A DNA stretch of 32,000 bases from Candidatus Saccharimonadota bacterium (GTDB lineage Bacteria > Patescibacteriota > Saccharimonadia > Saccharimonadales > Saccharimonadaceae): contig CP011211.1 of assembly GCA_001029695.1 (NCBI GenBank), forward strand, positions 750,001 to 782,000. The letters are read 5' to 3'. The notes under the pieces are model-generated. The model was not told where the DNA came from, ran no database searches, and was given only the letters and a program-made list of their open reading frames with translations. Positions 31,427 through 32,000 of this stretch are shown here, in pieces. Positions within the stretch are counted from its first letter, which is position 1. Every line of letters begins with the position of its first letter. The position numbers and the translations under genes were made by a program.

Positions 31427-32000
31427 ATGATACATGCTAAGCAGCAGGCGCTCGACGTGCTAAAACAAAAAATTCTAGAAGACGGGACATGTTTGGAGCT
31501 TGCAGACCAAGCTACGAATCTTGTGATGGGTGATGGAAACCCAGATGCCGATATCGTTTTTATCGGCGAGGCGCCAGGGAAGAGTGAAGATGAGCAGGGA
31601 TTGCCATTTGTGGGCGCGAGTGGGAAGTTTCTCAATGAAATGCTTGCAGAGGCAGGGATGGTGCGGGATGATGTCTATATTACGAATATCGTAAAATACC
31701 GGCCGCCAAACAACCGCGATCCGTTGCCTGAAGAAAAAAAGGAGTTTTGGCCGTACCTTCTCAAGCAACTGCAAGTTATTGAGCCAAAAGTAGTGATTAC
31801 GCTTGGTCGACATAGTATGGAGTATTTCCTGCCAGGTATGAAGATTAGCCAGATTCATGGAGAGCCAAAGCGGATAGCGTTTGGAGATGATCACTTGGTG
31901 ATAGTGCCACTGTATCATCCGGCAGCAGCGCTCTACAATGGTAGTTTAAGACAGACATTGATTGATGATTTTTTGCGAGTTCCAGTGATTATAAAAAATA
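31427..32000 (+). CDS. Uracil-DNA glycosylase, family 4-like (5' partial, runs off the window)
   Basis: My own translation of frame +2, which is absent from the ORF track because no stop lies in the window: MIHAKQQALDVLKQ...VMGDGNPDADIVFIGEAPGKSEDEQGLPFVGASGKFLNEML...VYITNIVKYRPPNNRDP...VPLYHPAAALYN. GEAPG, PFVGxxG and HPAA are family-4 motifs. TGTCATAAT at 31412-31420 lies 6 nt before the ATG. Confidence 0.85.
   Translation, partial: MIHAKQQALDVLKQKILEDGTCLELADQATNLVMGDGNPDADIVFIGEAPGKSEDEQGLPFVGASGKFLNEMLAEAGMVRDDVYITNIVKYRPPNNRDPLPEEKKEFWPYLLKQLQVIEPKVVITLGRHSMEYFLPGMKISQIHGEPKRIAFGDDHLVIVPLYHPAAALYNGSLRQTLIDDFLRVPVIIKN

Noticed and set aside
1-32000. I searched for mobile elements, prophage genes, CRISPR arrays, tRNA and rRNA genes, and defence-system signatures (nucleases, methyltransferases, STAND/AAA+ ATPases, TIR, Sir2, reverse transcriptases).
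   Set aside because: No transposase or integrase motifs, no terminal inverted repeats or direct-repeat arrays, and no cloverleaf-compatible segments were seen in the intergenic gaps, which are all under 290 bp. The only ATPases are an ABC transporter subunit and small kinase-fold proteins.

Overview
This is a compact, almost fully coding stretch, mostly on the + strand, dominated by housekeeping genes. In order: mscL, msrB, orn, a yjbR-like gene, dnaG-rpoD, two P-loop kinase-like genes, a WhiB-like regulator, uppS, polA-dut, a HAD hydrolase, fpg/mutM, holA, rpsT, a PIG-L deacetylase, truB, rpsO, a LOG-family gene, a GH13 alpha-glucosidase, a NUDIX hydrolase, an ABC-2 exporter pair, a GNAT, a SemiSWEET-like gene, pnp, and a family-4 UDG that runs off the 3' edge. 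About seven lineage-specific ORFs of unknown function are interspersed.

I saw no rRNA or tRNA genes, CRISPR arrays, transposases, integrases or phage modules. The gene set (WhiB, Orn, LmbE/PIG-L type deacetylase) combined with mid-range GC, tight packing and small proteins suggests a reduced-genome organism. It could be related to, or exchanging genes with, Actinobacteria, for example a Saccharibacteria/Patescibacteria-like epibiont. That placement is inference only.

I did not find a convincing new multi-gene system. The observations most worth follow-up are:
1. A stereotyped leaderless promoter-start architecture at about 20 genes.
2. Several conserved enzymes that have lost canonical ligand or catalytic residues: all four Zn ligands of the DnaG zinc ribbon, PolA motif C HDE changed to HDS, a Walker-A Lys changed to Met, the catalytic motifs of a DHH domain fused to a roughly 350-aa proline-rich tail, and at least one Fe-S cysteine of the UDG.
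3. An orphan HExxH...E protein.
4. Lys/Ala-rich extensions on S20 and MscL.
5. A 29-codon sORF with its own promoter geometry in the largest intergenic gap.

All family calls rest on motifs read by eye from the translations. No database search was run.
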